64,000 bases of DNA. Source: Promethearchaeota archaeon. Its GTDB lineage: Archaea > Asgardarchaeota > Lokiarchaeia > Sigyniarchaeales > SOKP01. The DNA lies in the NCBI GenBank assembly GCA_048940445.1, contig JBHLON010000007.1, positions 1 through 64,000 on the forward strand, written 5' to 3'. Position 1 is the first letter of the stretch; each line of letters begins with the position of its first letter. The notes below the pieces were generated by a model that saw only the letters and a list, made by a program, of their open reading frames with translations, did not search any database and was not told where the DNA came from. This document shows, piece by piece, positions 42,072 to 53,000 of the stretch. The translations under genes and the position numbers were made by a program.

Positions 42072-45000
42072 ATGAAATTGATAACTTTTTTCATAAAAAA
42101 AAGAAAAATTCGAAGAATTATGGCATTGTTCTTAATGATAGGGATTTTTATCTCCTTAAATGTCGGAACGAATATTAATAACAACTCTTTAAGAAATCAA
42201 ATTCAGAATAAAGTTGATCAAGATTATTTGAATACACAAGATTTAGATCCATCAAATACATTCACAGGTATAGGAGAAGCATGGAATATTACTCATTGGG
42301 CAAATCGAACGGACACAGGGTTAGCAGTTAATTTTGCCGAGGGCGAAAATGCTATATTAAAATTTCCATTATATTCAGAATGGGAAGGATACAAGCTTGA
42401 TGCAAATATTTTAAATTTCTATGATACAAGAAATTGGAATAATGGAACTCTTAATTATGGTACTGATAATGGTTATAGTACAGGAGCAAATGATTCTATG
42501 TGGATTCAAAATACGTTTCAAAATTGGACTTTTAATCAAAATGTAGTCGGACAAGGAAATGTAATGTCGGGAAATTATATCGATAATACAGAAATCTCCC
42601 CTAATTCGTTATCTCATGACTGTCTGGAATTAAGAATGGCGGGAAATCCTTATACTGGTAGTGGTGGTCAACGATATTGGTATGATAATGGGGATGGATG
42701 CTGGTGGGATACAATGTTCTATATTCCAAGAGGACAAGTTTTAAACAATGTTTTAAAATTCCAAATTAATCCCATCCATCTTATAAGTTTTAATTCATGG
42801 GAATTAAGAATTTATATTAACAATATTCGTGTATTCAGCCTTGGAATATACACATTAAAAGGAATGGGTATAAATGAATGGCATAATTTTTCAATTCCTC
42901 AAGGAATCTGGACGAATACTACTAATGTCTTTTCATCTGGAAATTTAAACGATACAATCATACCCTTAAGAGTAGCTCTTGAATATACTGCAACAAGTGC
43001 GGGATATGGGTTTGAAGACGGAGAAAATATTGATTACCAACAAATACTATTCGATAATGTAGAATTAGTTACAACAGCTGAAGCAAATCCTTCTGATCTA
43101 GGATTAAAATTGAATAATACTAAAATTTCAGATGAGAATTGGGGTAAAGGAAGCGTGGAGTTAAATGGAGAATGGCAGGGAGTCAATAATAATTTAGATT
43201 TATTATTTTCAACTGATGATATAAGTAAATTAGGCTCTTATAGTGTTAATTTTTTTACTGATGTAAATCTATTTGTTTTAAAGAATTTACCAGAAAGTAA
43301 TTATGAAACTAACATAGCGTCTCTTGGTACAAAAGTTATTGTTAAAAATAGTTCCTCTGTAGAATGGTCATGTTATGGGAGAGTCAGTGTACCAACTAGA
43401 TATGTAGAAAATTTAATGAGTGTTGTGGTTCCTCAAGATGTAAATATAACTGCAGTATATGATCCGCAAAATCCAAATTTAAATATCTTGAATCAATGTG
43501 ATAATAGTTCGGCAGGAATACTGTTAATACCTATTAATAGCATTTCAGCTACACCAGATGGATTTTGGAGATTTTTAGCTAAATCACCAAATTATTGCGA
43601 GGATTCAATAATATATGGCAATACTACAGGTCCTTGGGTTGAGGATTACGAATTTTTAAGTGGTGATTTTGTTAATATCACTGCCAAAATTACTAATTCA
43701 CCCATAATCACGTCATATATTCAGAACACTAATGCATTGCTTAATGTTAGATTTCCAAATGGTACTATCTGGGCAGATCATACCCAGATGTCACAAGTTG
43801 ATTCAAACGGTATGGTTTATTTTAACACTTTCCAGATTCCAAATAACCCACCTAATTATGATGTAGGATTGTATGACGCAATAATAACTTGGAATAATTC
43901 ATATTCTAATTTTGGATTTAATGAATCGGGGATTATTTATAAGCAATTTAAAGTTGTTCATGAATCGGTATTAATTCCCGAAGAGAAGTTTTACGAAGAT
44001 AATTTTGAAAATTCAATTCTTAACCTCAAGGTAACATTCCATGACTTCATAACCAATGCTCCCATCAGAAATGCTAAATTATATACATATGACTTTATAA
44101 ATCCTGGAATTAAGAGATATTTTAGTGAAACTAGTCCTGGTTATTATTTTCTTGAATTTAATCTAAGTGGAGCTAGCTTTGGAAATAACTCTATAACGAT
44201 ATATGCCGAATCTGCAAATTATGAAGACAAACAAGTGGTTGTAGATATAGAGGTAATACAAAGAACTAATTTGAATGTAGATAATGATTTTCTCGATAGC
44301 GTTCAATATAAAAGTAATTTCACAATTCAAGTAGACTATATTGATAATGTAACTGGATTAGGTGTAGATCCCGGTGAACTTTATACTGATTGGGGTGGTG
44401 ATAATCATTTCTCAAGAATATCTCAAGGAAAATATAATTTAATATGTAATGCATCAGGTCCCGGTTATTCTGCTGGGAATCTTTATTCATTTAACATTTA
44501 TGCTAGTGCATATCAATATGAATCGCAAATGAAAACTGTTCGCGTATTTATAACGGAACTAGATTCACAAATTGACTTAAAATTAAATAGCACGCCCACA
44601 GAACCGAATGCAGTATATATCGTTCAAGTTTGGCAACAAGTAAACATCACCATTCGATATAGAGATTCTTTTGGAAATCCTATCCATGGAGCATTAGTAA
44701 ATCTTACTAGCCAAGAGTTTACAAAAGAACTAAAAGAGGATTTATTGCATAATCAGTACACAATTTTTTTAAATGCGACTGATCTTGGACAAGGAATTGA
44801 TAACTTAATAGTAACAGCTGAAAAGGTAAATTATAAACCTAATTCAATACCTTTTATTTTCGAGATTATAGAAAGGCAAACCTATTTCAATATATACATT
44901 AATGGAAATAATAAAACCAACGATCCATTCGAATCAGTGGTAGTAACATCAATGGTAAATATAACAGTTGGTTATTATGATAACTTGAGTAAATTCATAT

Positions 45001-45821
45001 CAGGAGCAATGGTTTCTTTATCGGGTGATTATATAGGTACTCTGAATGAAAGTACTACTTTTCATCAATATACCATCATTATCAATACAGAAGATTTAAG
45101 TATTGGTCTTAGGCAACTCAAACTTACTGCAATTCGACCTAATTATGAATTGCAATCTAAGGTTATTAGAATACAAGTTCAAAGAATCACAGCACAAATA
45201 AATACTACTTCAGGATCACCAATCATTATTGCTAGTCCCGGTGAAAGTGTTAAGTTAGAAGTCATTCTTAATAATGTAGATTTTAGCACACCAATAGTAG
45301 GAGCATCGGTAAACTATAGTTGGGCTTTTGGAAATGGTGTTTTTACGGATCTAAACAATGGAATCTATGAAGCCGTTTTACCAAACGTTAACGAAGGTAC
45401 TTACACAATTGTTGTCTCTGCCTATTTTGGAGATAATTATGAGTTTCATAGTTTTGAAATAACCTTAACAGTAATACAAGCTCCAGGAGAATTATGGATT
45501 GTCTCATTTGCTTTAATTTGTACTGCTATTGCTGCCGCTGCATTAATAGGTTATCTTATCCTTTATATGAAAGTCTTGAAATATCCTAAACCTGTTAGGA
45601 AAGTCAGAAAGTATCGCCGTACATTAATGAGCAAAAAGCATCCAAGGAAAGCAATTGAATCAAGAGAAAGTTCAATTAAATCTATATATGAAAACCAGAT
45701 TTCTGACTCAAAAAAATATCTTAAAGGAAAGCCGAGTGGTGAGCAAATGAGCATTGATAAACTGATCAAGAAAAATCCAGAAGATGAATATCCTAAAAGC
45801 ACTGGAGGTGAAATGGAATGA
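42072..45821 (+). CDS. Large membrane-anchored surface glycoprotein, paralog type B (Ig-like stalk)
   Basis: N-terminal TM, NITHWANRTD, HDCLELRM, TPDGFW, repeated Ig-like segments, C-terminal TM then YMKVLKYPKPVRKVRKYR. Confidence 0.8.
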   Translation: MKLITFFIKKRKIRRIMALFLMIGIFISLNVGTNINNNSLRNQIQNKVDQDYLNTQDLDPSNTFTGIGEAWNITHWANRTDTGLAVNFAEGENAILKFPLYSEWEGYKLDANILNFYDTRNWNNGTLNYGTDNGYSTGANDSMWIQNTFQNWTFNQNVVGQGNVMSGNYIDNTEISPNSLSHDCLELRMAGNPYTGSGGQRYWYDNGDGCWWDTMFYIPRGQVLNNVLKFQINPIHLISFNSWELRIYINNIRVFSLGIYTLKGMGINEWHNFSIPQGIWTNTTNVFSSGNLNDTIIPLRVALEYTATSAGYGFEDGENIDYQQILFDNVELVTTAEANPSDLGLKLNNTKISDENWGKGSVELNGEWQGVNNNLDLLFSTDDISKLGSYSVNFFTDVNLFVLKNLPESNYETNIASLGTKVIVKNSSSVEWSCYGRVSVPTRYVENLMSVVVPQDVNITAVYDPQNPNLNILNQCDNSSAGILLIPINSISATPDGFWRFLAKSPNYCEDSIIYGNTTGPWVEDYEFLSGDFVNITAKITNSPIITSYIQNTNALLNVRFPNGTIWADHTQMSQVDSNGMVYFNTFQIPNNPPNYDVGLYDAIITWNNSYSNFGFNESGIIYKQFKVVHESVLIPEEKFYEDNFENSILNLKVTFHDFITNAPIRNAKLYTYDFINPGIKRYFSETSPGYYFLEFNLSGASFGNNSITIYAESANYEDKQVVVDIEVIQRTNLNVDNDFLDSVQYKSNFTIQVDYIDNVTGLGVDPGELYTDWGGDNHFSRISQGKYNLICNASGPGYSAGNLYSFNIYASAYQYESQMKTVRVFITELDSQIDLKLNSTPTEPNAVYIVQVWQQVNITIRYRDSFGNPIHGALVNLTSQEFTKELKEDLLHNQYTIFLNATDLGQGIDNLIVTAEKVNYKPNSIPFIFEIIERQTYFNIYINGNNKTNDPFESVVVTSMVNITVGYYDNLSKFISGAMVSLSGDYIGTLNESTTFHQYTIIINTEDLSIGLRQLKLTAIRPNYELQSKVIRIQVQRITAQINTTSGSPIIIASPGESVKLEVILNNVDFSTPIVGASVNYSWAFGNGVFTDLNNGIYEAVLPNVNEGTYTIVVSAYFGDNYEFHSFEITLTVIQAPGELWIVSFALICTAIAAAALIGYLILYMKVLKYPKPVRKVRKYRRTLMSKKHPRKAIESRESSIKSIYENQISDSKKYLKGKPSGEQMSIDKLIKKNPEDEYPKSTGGEME

Positions 45822-48800
45822 ATTTGCAAAAGAATAGGATCACTAAAAAACAATTAAAAGTTATTGTGCTTATACTATTAACTTTTAACCTCTCTCTCCT
45901 AAGCTATCTTGTGAATATTAATGATATAATTTCTAATAGTATTGATGTAAGAGAAAATTTAAATCCAAAAAGTCAAGATATTTCTAATGATAACATCTAT
46001 ACCGGAATTGGAGCACCTCTAAACATCACTCATTGGGCTAACAGGACAGATGTAGATCTTACAGTTAATTTCGATGAAAGTGAATGGGATACGGCAAATA
46101 TTCCACTAGGAAGCGGATGGGATGCATATAAATTAAATATTGATGTGGATGGATTGAGAGATAATCGAAATTGGATTAATGGGTCCTTTTCATATGGTAT
46201 TGATGATGGAAGTGATACACCCGGTGCTGATGATACAAATTGGATAAGTAATAAGTATGAAAATTGGACATTTGGATTTAATGACACGGGACTGGGAACT
46301 AACTTAATGAGTGGAAATTATTTGAGTAGCGTTGGAGGTCATGATTGTTTAGAGTTACGTATGGATAGTAATGATACAGTTTTATCAGGCTGGAGTACAT
46401 ACGATCCAAATGATCGATTATGGTGGAATTCTTCAGTACTAATTCCAAGAGGTAAACTTCTTGACAGTGTTTTAAATTTTGAATTGTATCCAAATCACCT
46501 AGCAGGATTTAATTCTTGGGCTTATGCCATATATATTAATGATATTTGTGTGTATTCAATTGGTACATATACATTATTGCAATATGGGCAAAATATTTGG
46601 CATAGTTTCTCCATCCCGCAAGATATCTGGATAAATACTACTAATGTATTTCCAAATGGACCAATCAATAATCAATTGGTTAAACTAAGGGCAGATTTAG
46701 AATGTGTTGGAGGAGGAAATTATTCTGGATTCACTAATGAAGATTATCAGAGGTTATATTTCGATAATCTTGAACTTGTAACCCTAACTCAAGCAATGCC
46801 TTCTAATCTTGGTTTGAGTGTTAACCAAACAGTTGTTCAAGATATCGATTGGGGTAAAGGAAGAGCTATTCTTTCAGGTAATTGGCAGAATACTTTCATT
46901 ACTGCAAATTTCAGTTCTAATGATGTTGGTCTTTTGGGTCCATATTCTGTGAATCTAAAAACTGACTTAAATTTATTTGCATTAAAAGATGTCCCAGAAA
47001 CTAATTATGAGACAAATACAGCATCAATAGGAACAAATTTTCAAGTAAATAACAATACCAATGTAATTTGGGAATTCTATGGCTTTATTGCAGTTCCTAC
47101 GGGTTATTCGGAATCACAAATGAAAATCGAATTTCCTAGTGATATGTCAATTACTTCAGTATTTGCACCAGATGAACCCTCTACTAATATCCTTAATTTA
47201 TGTGACGATTCAATCTCGGGTATCTTATCAATCCCAATTAATACATTAACATCTACCCCAGATGGATTCTGGAAATTTAAGGCTGTCTCCCCTAATTATT
47301 GCGAAGAATTATCAATATATGGGAATTCAACTGGAACATGGCTACCCAATAATGAGTTTAAAGCAGGTGATTTCATAAATATTAGTGCAAAAATTACAAA
47401 TTCACCTGTTATATCTTCCTATATTCAAAATACTATAGCTCAACTTCAAATAAGATTTCCAAACGGTTCTTTATGGGCTCAAGAAATTCAACATGAAATG
47501 GTAGCCTTGAATGGATTTACTCATTTTGATCCAATAAGAATTCCCTCAAATACTCCCAATTATGAGGTAGGAGAATATGAAGCGATTGTTTCATGGAATA
47601 ATTCTTTTTCTCTTTATGGTATGAATGAAACGGGAATAATCTATAAAACATTTCGAGTAATTCATTATTCTAAGTTAACACCTGACCAAAATTATTTCGA
47701 AAATTATTTGGAAGGAACGGTATTAAATCTTAAAATTTCATTTAATGATAAAGAAAATTTTGCCGCGATTGAAAATGCAATAGTATATACATATAATTTT
47801 ACACATCCGAGTATTGTGCAATATTTCAATGAAGTAAGTCCAGGATTTTATATCTTAGAATTTAATACAATAGGGGGATTAGCAGGTAATAATACGGTTA
47901 CTATTTATGCAAATTCAACCAATTATGTTAATACTCAAACATCTATCACAATAGACATTATAAAGCAAACGACTCTAACCGTTGATAATGATTTTTTTAC
48001 CAATGTTCCCTACAAATCCAACTTTTCTATACAATTTAATTATACTGAATATTATACAGGAGGAGGCATCGATCCAACATCGCTTTCTACAAATTGGGCT
48101 GGTGATTTTCAATTTAAACGTATTACTCAAGGGATGTACAATTTAGTATGTAATGCTTCTGGACCGGGATATGATCCAGGAAAACTTTATACTCTCTTAA
48201 TTAATGTAGCAGCAAATAATCATGTTCCTCAATCAATTCCGATAAGAGTCCTTATTAGTGAGTTAAATTCTAGAATAAAACTCTATATTAATGGCACTGA
48301 AATCTTTAATGATGAACTAATTTCAGTAGAAGTTTGGCAAGAGATTAATGTAACTGTAAAATATACAGATGCACATTCAAATCCTTTGAGCTTAGCATCA
48401 GTTAAGCTAAGGATTGGTGAATTTACGAGAGATATTCCAGAAATTCCTTCATTAGAGCAATATAGTATATTAATCAATGCAACTGAATTAGGACAGGGAA
48501 TTGATTATTTATCGGTTTATGCTAATAGCACTTTCTACAATCCGCAATTCATTCGAGCGATTCTTCAAATTACTGAAAGATTAACACAAATGCGTATATT
48601 CTTAAATAATGTAGAAAAAACGAGTGATCCGTTTATTAATATACCCATTGGTGAAATGCTAAATATTACAATAAAATACCTAGATACTCAAGGACACTTC
48701 ATTGATAATGCGCTTCTCTCATTGTCTGGTGACTATTCAGACAACTTAACTGAGAATCCCGGATTGGAGCAATATACTATATTAATTAACTCCACTGATT

Positions 48801-49516
48801 TGAAAATAGGAGTAAAAATAATAACGATTTCTGCTGAAAAGTTTGACTTTCAATATAAATCAGAGGATTTGAGAATTGTTGTTAATAGAATTCAAGCCGA
48901 AATTATATCAGAACATGTTCAATATATTGTGAGACCAGGTGCAAATGTGAAATTAGAAGTAAAATTGAACAACACAGATTTTGGGGGTCTAATTTTGGGC
49001 GCTAATGTCAAATATTCAGGAGTACTTGGGACAGGAGATTTAATTGATTCTAATGGAGATGGAATATATGAAGCTGTATTAGAGAATATCCCATTAGGAA
49101 CATATAAAGTCTATATTACTGCTTTTGCAGGGGATAATTATGAATTTAAGACTTTAAGTATCACTATAACTGCAATTATTCCTGAAGCAGAGTTAACATT
49201 ATATTTAATATTATTATTACTCGCAATAGGTATTACCGCAGCTATTGGAATTTATATATATCTTTATCGTAGGGTACTAAGATTCCCTAAGAAAGTTAGA
49301 ACTGTAAGGAAGTATGCCAAAACTTTAAACAAAGGAAGAGCCCCAAGAGCAGAAATTAATAGTCGAGAAAAGTTAATTAAGGATGTGTATCAAGATGAAG
49401 TGGATAGAAGCACTAAAATACTAAAAAGGCGTTCAGCTATTCCCGTTGAAAAACCAGATAAATTTATTAAAAAGTTACCTCAAGAGAAACTCGATGAAAA
49501 TATCGAAACTAAATAA
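45818..49516 (+). CDS. Large membrane-anchored surface glycoprotein, paralog type B
   Basis: Colinear paralog of 42072; ATGA overlap with GGAGGTG upstream; tail YRRVLRFPKKVRTVRKY. Confidence 0.8.
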   Translation: MNLQKNRITKKQLKVIVLILLTFNLSLLSYLVNINDIISNSIDVRENLNPKSQDISNDNIYTGIGAPLNITHWANRTDVDLTVNFDESEWDTANIPLGSGWDAYKLNIDVDGLRDNRNWINGSFSYGIDDGSDTPGADDTNWISNKYENWTFGFNDTGLGTNLMSGNYLSSVGGHDCLELRMDSNDTVLSGWSTYDPNDRLWWNSSVLIPRGKLLDSVLNFELYPNHLAGFNSWAYAIYINDICVYSIGTYTLLQYGQNIWHSFSIPQDIWINTTNVFPNGPINNQLVKLRADLECVGGGNYSGFTNEDYQRLYFDNLELVTLTQAMPSNLGLSVNQTVVQDIDWGKGRAILSGNWQNTFITANFSSNDVGLLGPYSVNLKTDLNLFALKDVPETNYETNTASIGTNFQVNNNTNVIWEFYGFIAVPTGYSESQMKIEFPSDMSITSVFAPDEPSTNILNLCDDSISGILSIPINTLTSTPDGFWKFKAVSPNYCEELSIYGNSTGTWLPNNEFKAGDFINISAKITNSPVISSYIQNTIAQLQIRFPNGSLWAQEIQHEMVALNGFTHFDPIRIPSNTPNYEVGEYEAIVSWNNSFSLYGMNETGIIYKTFRVIHYSKLTPDQNYFENYLEGTVLNLKISFNDKENFAAIENAIVYTYNFTHPSIVQYFNEVSPGFYILEFNTIGGLAGNNTVTIYANSTNYVNTQTSITIDIIKQTTLTVDNDFFTNVPYKSNFSIQFNYTEYYTGGGIDPTSLSTNWAGDFQFKRITQGMYNLVCNASGPGYDPGKLYTLLINVAANNHVPQSIPIRVLISELNSRIKLYINGTEIFNDELISVEVWQEINVTVKYTDAHSNPLSLASVKLRIGEFTRDIPEIPSLEQYSILINATELGQGIDYLSVYANSTFYNPQFIRAILQITERLTQMRIFLNNVEKTSDPFINIPIGEMLNITIKYLDTQGHFIDNALLSLSGDYSDNLTENPGLEQYTILINSTDLKIGVKIITISAEKFDFQYKSEDLRIVVNRIQAEIISEHVQYIVRPGANVKLEVKLNNTDFGGLILGANVKYSGVLGTGDLIDSNGDGIYEAVLENIPLGTYKVYITAFAGDNYEFKTLSITITAIIPEAELTLYLILLLLAIGITAAIGIYIYLYRRVLRFPKKVRTVRKYAKTLNKGRAPRAEINSREKLIKDVYQDEVDRSTKILKRRSAIPVEKPDKFIKKLPQEKLDENIETK

Positions 49517-49555
49517 TAATAATTAATATTTTAATATTTATTTCTTTTTTATTCT

Positions 49556-49856
49556 ATGAATTTAGAAAGATAAATCATGCTTCTTCAAGCTAACATACTC
49601 AGGAAATTTGATTGAGTTATCATCTGGTAAAGGATTAAATTATTTCAATCTATTTGACATTATTGCTATATTTATCCCTAATCAAAAAAGAATGTATGTT
49701 TGAATTGTTAAAAAGACAACACAAAGTCTAAGAAGTCATATTCCAAGAAAACCTCAGATCTTCTTCAAAGAATACCCTGAATTAGAGATATTGCGTAATA
49801 TCACAATCGAAGTTGGTTTTGAACCTACTGAATTTTTTGTTATCAAATTTGGTTAA
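49556..49856 (+). pseudogene. Degenerate copy of the gelsolin-like domain of 53517..54563
   Basis: Frame from 49566 reads FFKLTYSGNLIE..LFDII..NQKRMYV*IVKK..LRSHIP..YPELEILRNITIEVGFEPTEFF, aligning with FKLKYSGDLEE..LFDIL..NQKRLYIWVSKK..LKSHIP..YPQFKVIRNIIIEQDLEPANFF. TGA 49701 replaces the Trp; ATG 49556 is out of frame; truncated at TAA 49854. Confidence 0.8.
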
Positions 49857-50036
49857 TGGAGACTATTTTTGTTTTTGAATTAATTGTAAATTCTTGATCT
49901 CTATTGAGAAAAGTATAAAACTTAAACTATAAATTATTAATATCAACATATTATCATAAAAAATTGATTAAGGTTTTTTAATCAATATTGTATCCGAAAT
50001 ATTTTAATAGATAAATTAAGGAGGAGACATAATTTA

Positions 50037-53000
50037 ATGGCTTCAATAACAAAAGAAAATAAAAAGGTATTTATCAGTGTTATAATTTTTTGCTTATTTA
50101 TAACTTTAGGTTTATATATCTTCTCAAATTACCAAAATAGTTACTCCAAATACAATCAAAATAGAATGTTATTATTGAATCAAGGGGGATTTCTTGGCCA
50201 GTGGTTTAGTGAATCACATCAAGAACAATGGATAAATAATCCCGATTTTAATAATAGTATAGGATGGACTTCTGAATATAGTGGAGATCTGTCGGATGTA
50301 GGAACTTATATTAGTGGTGGAAGTGCTAGCTTTCAAGTAATTGGAGCGAGTCACACAACAACATTAATATCGGGCACACCTAATTCGTCAAAATCCCCAA
50401 ATTGGCATAATATTACTAATCCTGAAATTCCTGTCTATCCGACTCATGGTCATAGAATTGATCAATTTGGATGTTTTGCATCTCATTACTGGGCAGAAAA
50501 CTTAGGGACAACGACTAATGCATATCAAAAGACTAGTGTTCATTGGGAAAAAATCATTACCACACCATATAATATGTCTGATTATATTATAAATAATGCT
50601 TCTCTCTCAGTATTGGTAAATGCAACTGCAAAAGCTTACACCGGAGGAAATACTGAGGATAAGTGGAGTTGGGAGGGCGTAGAAGTGTATGGGGACGCGT
50701 ATGCAAGATTTTATGAGGGTGATTACATACGTTTTTATGTGAGACTTTCAAATCTAAATAAAGATGTGAGCTTCAAAGTTGCCCAATATCAAACTTCTAC
50801 TTTAGGGCAAGATGGATCAAGCATTAATGGTAGTTATGACTATTTAAATGATACTTTTTTCGAAGCTAACAACATGAATGATTTAATTTTTTATCTAAAT
50901 CAGGTATTGATTAATGGTGACTTTCAAAATTTTATTATCACTTTGGGAATGGAATTTAATTGTGAAGATAATCAAATTACCGATCTTGACGAATTTACTG
51001 CTGCTTACATAAAATCCTGCAACTTTACAATTAGCTATGTAAAGAGAATAAATCAACTAACTTCCGCATCATGGAAATATCTAGGGGAACAGATTAATAA
51101 TAAAGGAGGAATCGTGAGAGTAACAGACGCAAAATTATATTATGACTATAAAATCGATAAATTATGGTCTAGTAATTTATCTCCAAACTCTGAATTAAAA
51201 ATTTTAATTAATGATTTAGAACATGATGAAACAATAAAGTTAAGTAGTGCAGGATTAACATTCAATTCTGCGAAACAAAATGGGTTTGAAATTACGAGGT
51301 TGATTCCACCTTATGAGAGAATTAATATTTCAATACAAATGGTTCTTGCGGACGAATTTCAACTTAGTGAAAATTATACAATAGGCATAGATAATGTAAT
51401 TCTGGATATATCCTATGATTTATTCTTTCAAGCTCAACTAAACACATTATTTCAGACTTTACTATTACTAGCTTTAATTACCTTGGGTGGGTTAACGTTT
51501 TACTATGTATATTATCGTAGAGTTTTACGCTTTCCCAAAGCAGTTAGGAAATTAAGAAGATTTAGAAAAACATTGAATAAGGAGACCTCTCCTGATGTTA
51601 AGGTTATAGATCGTAATAAAGCTTTTAAAAATCAATACAAAAAGGATATAAAACCTACATCGAATCTCTTAGGAATACAATCTACCCCAAAAAGAGAGGA
51701 TCGGAATCTTACTAGTAATAAAAAACAACTAATTATAATCATATTCTTAATATTTGGTTTACTTTTTAGCCCAATATTATTTGGAACTAGAGTTACTGGC
51801 TATAAAAACGAGATCAGGCGGGAAGGGATAACTTTAACTCAAAATACTCCACCAGAACAATATCAAAGAGAGACTCGGATAGCTCAATGGATTCAAAATT
51901 CTCAATTCAACACAGAAGATAGATGGATTAGTCTACTAGATGGTGATATGTCAGACATAGGTGCAAATATTAGCGGGGGTCATGCAAATTTTAATGTAAT
52001 AGGAAATTCTGGCATAACAGAGTTTTCTGAAAATGGATTAAGTAATAATTGGACTAGAATAGAAAACGAGGATAATATTGTATTACCTGATGTGATAGCG
52101 GGTGGGGGATATGGAATGGATGATCGTGGATGGTATGCTTATTATAATTGGCCAGATAATCAACCCCAATCGGTAAAAGTCCAGTGGATGAAGAATTTTA
52201 GCATGAATGTAAACATGTCGGATTATTATATCACTTCAGCTTCACTAAAGGCTTGGATTAATGGAACTGCCCAGGCTACTTCTATGGATAATGGGGGGAT
52301 AGATCGCCCAGGAGACTCTCTTGTTAATAACCCAAGTAATGAACTTCAAATAGCAACCGGAGATTTTGCAAGATTTTTCATTTTAATTTCTGATCCAGAA
52401 GCAAGCAGAAAATTCACTGCAATTGAATATCAAACTGATGATTTAGGGAAAGATGGGCCACCAGCAATCACTCAACTAAATGATACGCTAATAACACCCA
52501 TCAATGAAGAGACTCTAAAATTCTTTCTTGAAGAAGCATTACATTCTGATCATCAGAATTTTGCTATTACTTTAGGGATATACATTTGGTGCGAAGATTC
52601 AGGACATCCTGGAGATCAAGACAATTGGCAGAGTTTAGTAATTAAAAATTGGAGTTTATCTGTCTCATATGAAAAAAAAATTAATCAATTCTCAACAATC
52701 ACTTGGAAATATTTAGGAGATCAAATTGAGGCAGGAGGTTATGAAATAGAGATTACTCAAGCCATACTTAATTTTGATTATCGAATTAACCGATTATGGC
52801 CAACCTCCGCCTCACCAAACTCAGAGATGAGAGTTTTAGTTGACAATGTTGATTATACTGAAACATTAAAATTAGGTAGAGCGGAAACTAGTTTTACAAG
52901 AGTAAGTGAAACTGGATTTGATGTGACTGAATTAATTCCAAATGATAAAGAGATTAATGTGTCAATTCAAACATATTTAGCTGATGAATTTAGATTATCA

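Noticed and set aside
49701-49703. TGA in the gelsolin-like relic as another Sec codon
   Set aside because: Aligns to Trp (TGG>TGA), not Cys; no SECIS-like element seen nearby; start displaced and gene truncated.
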